Origin: the human T2T-CHM13v2.0 reference genome, Homo sapiens
Assembly: GCF_009914755.1 (NCBI RefSeq)
Contig: NC_060938.1
DNA length: 64,000 nt
Reading direction: 5' to 3' (one strand)
Positions 61,195 to 64,000 of this stretch are shown here, in pieces. How positions within the stretch are numbered: position 1 is the first letter of the stretch; every line of letters begins with the position of its first letter. The notes beneath the pieces were generated by a model, which worked only from the letters and a program-made list of their open reading frames with translations, was not told the DNA's origin and did not search any database. The translations under genes were made by a program, and so were the position numbers.

Positions 61195-61420
61195 ATAACA
61201 ATAATAACAAAACCATCACCAGTGACGACAGGGGGCCCTCATCAGGCACTCCACCCATGAGGCACTCACAGTAACTTGATAAAGATGATGCAAATTACAT
61301 ATATCCCTATTCATAGGTGAAGGAAAGGAGGTGGGCAGTTTACCTGACTTGCTCCCAGTCCTGGAATTCTGAGCAGTGAAGCCGAGATTCAAACCCAGGA
61401 TGCCTGGCTGCAAAGCCCAC
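61195..61420 (-). mobile_element. MIR
   Basis: 'aataataacaa...tatccctattcataggtgaaggaaag...tgacttgctcccagtc...gccgagattcaaacccaggatgcctggctgcaaagccc'. Confidence 0.65.
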
Positions 61421-61897
61421 ACATGTGCACAGCTGGCACCATACCCACCCGGTGCTGCCCACACATGTGCACCTGGCCCCATACTCACCCTGTGCTGCCC
61501 ACGCAAGTCCCCACTGATATGGTTTGGATTTGTGTCCCCACCCAAATCTCATGTCAAATTATAATCCCCAGTGTTGGAGGAGGGGCTTGGTGGGAGGTGA
61601 CTGAATCATGGGAGCAGATTTCCCTTTTGCTGTTCTCACGATAGTGAGTTCTCATGAGATCTGGTTATTTTAAAGTATGTTGCACCTCCTGCTTCCCAGT
61701 CTTCCTCCTTCTCTGGCCATGTAAAATGTGCCTCCTTCCTCTTTGCCTTCTGCCATGATTGTAAGTTTCCTGAGGCACCCCAGCCATGCTTCCTGTACAG
61801 CCTGCAGAACTGGGAATCAATTAAACTCCTGTTCTTTATAAATTACCCAGACTCAGGTAGTTCTTTTTTAAAAATTTTTTTCCTTTTAATTTTTCTT

Positions 61898-61975
61898 TGT
61901 CATCCTTGTACAGGGACCATGCTAATGTTCTCTGTACCATTCCAATTTTAGTATATGTGCTGCCAAAGTGAGCAC
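61898..61975 (-). pseudogene. U6 snRNA retropseudogene (U6 nt 1-78, 3'-truncated, A-rich tail)
   Basis: Minus strand GTGCTCACTTTGGCAGCACATATACTAAAATTGGAATGGTACAGAGAACATTAGCATGGTCCCTGTACAAGGATGACA, 70/78 identical to U6 as recalled; tail 61867-61897; TSD tcaggtagttcttt at 61853-61866 and 61976-61989. Confidence 0.95.
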
Positions 61976-62547
61976 TCAGGTAGTTCTTTATAGCAGTGCC
62001 AAAATTGGCACCAGGAAGTACCAGGAAGAGAAGAGAAGAGACCTGAAAATGTGGAAGCAGCTTTGGAACTGGGTAACGAGAAGAGGGTGGAAGAGTTTGG
62101 AGATCTCAGAAGAAGACAGGAAGAGGAGGGAAAGTTTGGAACGTCCCAGAGATTTGTTGAATGGTTGTGACCAAAATGCTGATAGTGATATGGACGGTTA
62201 AGTCCAGGCTGAGGAGGTCTCATATGGAAATTAGGAACTTATTGGGAACTGGAGTAAAGGTCATTCTTGCTATGCTTTAGCAAAGAGACTGGTGGTGTTG
62301 TAACCCTGCTCTAGGGATCAGTGGAACTTTGAACATGACAGTGATGATTTAGGGTATCTGGCAGAAGAAATTTCTAAGCAGCAAAGCATTCAAGATGTGG
62401 CCTGGCTACTTCTAACAACATATGGTCATATGCATGAGCGAGGAGATTATCTAAAACTGGAACTTATATTTATTAATAAAAGGGAAGCAGAGCATAAAAG
62501 TTTAGAAAAATTGTAGCCTGACCATGTAGTAGAAAAGAAAATCCCCA

Positions 62548-62904
<357 letters not shown>

Positions 62905-64000
62905 TCAACAGCCAAGACAATGGGGAAAATGTCTAAAAGGCACTTCAGAGACTTTGGCGGCAGCCCTCCGATCTCAGGCGTGGAGGCCTAGGAGGGAAGA
63001 ATGGTTTCATGGGCTGGGCCTAGGGCTCCACTGCCCTGTACAACTTTGGGACACTGCTCCCTGTATCCTAGCCACTCCAGCTTTAGCCATGGCCAAAGGG
63101 CCCCAGATATGTCTTAGATGATGGCTCCAGAAGGTGCAAGCCATTCAGTGTTGGTGGCTTCCATGTGGTGTTGAGCCTGTGGGTACACAGAGGGCAAGGG
63201 CTGAGGTTTGGGAGCCTCTGGTTAGATTTCAGAAGATGTATGGAAATGCCTGGATGTCCAAGCAGAAGTCTGCAACAGGCCTGGAACTCTCACGGAGAAC
63301 CTCTACTAGGGCAGTGTGGAGGGGAAATGTGGGGTTGGAGGCCCCACACAGAGTCCCCACTGGGGCACTGCCTAGTGGAGCTGTGAGAAGAGGGCCACTG
63401 TCCTCCAGACCCCAGAATGGTAGATGTACTGACAGCTTGCATCACGCACCTGGAAAAGCCACAGGCACTCAGCGGCACCCCATAAAAGCAGCCAAGGGGG
63501 CTGTACCCTGCAGAGCCACAGGGCTGGAGATGCCCAAGGCCTTGAGAGCCCACACCTTGCGTCAGTGTGGTCTGGATGTGGGACATGGAGTCAAAAGACA
63601 TTATTTTGGAGCTTTAAGATTTAATGACTGCCCTGCTGCGTTTTGGACTTGCATGGGGCCTGTGACCCCTTTGTTTTGGTGGATTTCTCCCTTTTGGAGT
63701 GGGTGTATTTACCCAATGCCATTACCCTCATTGTATCTTGGAAGTAACTAACTTGCTTTTGATTTTCCAGGCTCATAGGTGGTAGGGCCTTGCCTTGTCT
63801 CAGATGAGACTTTGGATTGTGGAGTTTTGAGTTAATACTGAAATGAGTTAAGACCTGTGGGACTGTTAAGAAGGGATGATTGTGTTTTCCCATGTGAGAA
63901 AGACATGAGATTTGGGAGGGGCTGGGGTAGAATAATATGGTTTGGATTGTGTCCCTGCCCAAAACTCATGTCAAATTGTAATCCCCAGTGTTGCAGGAGG

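Noticed and set aside
61770-61790. PRDM9 hotspot motif in the MST LTR
   Set aside because: Reads gaggcaccccagccat, which does not fit CCNCCNTNNCCNC.
63134-63751. 205-aa ORF
   Set aside because: Residual frame of the MSTA internal region, commonly mis-predicted as a protein.

Overview
Primate (very likely human) genomic DNA from a GC-rich, apparently intergenic or intronic region; the exact locus cannot be named from sequence alone. I found no credible protein-coding exon: the supplied ORFs fit GC-rich noise, tandem repeats or decayed retroelements. The window is a mosaic of old repeats (L1M/L1MA/L1MB/L1ME, L2, MIR, L3/CR1, many MaLR LTRs, a two-LTR MLT1 element, an MSTA element running off the right end, AluJ/AluS/monomers, one MADE1) plus a 3'-truncated U6 snRNA retrocopy. 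Non-routine observations: (1) a 144-bp, 92%-identical inverted duplication around an LTR, with micro-hairpins at both ends of the right arm (57579-58255); (2) a patchwork templated insertion (9581-9652) carrying an exact 43-bp copy of sequence 3.5 kb upstream; (3) a regulatory node at 3.1-4.0 kb with two CTCF motifs 60 bp apart, a GC-box array and a split-spacer REST site with two well-matched half-sites; (4) a series of AT-rich islands rich in homeodomain/PBX-HOX/MEIS/POU/T-box motifs, suggestive of a developmental enhancer landscape; (5) a ~250-bp G5 heptamer repeat, a 36-bp VNTR and five two-copy 33-42-bp duplications. I do not see evidence for a new coding system. Repeat subfamily names come from recalled consensus sequences and need RepeatMasker/Dfam confirmation.
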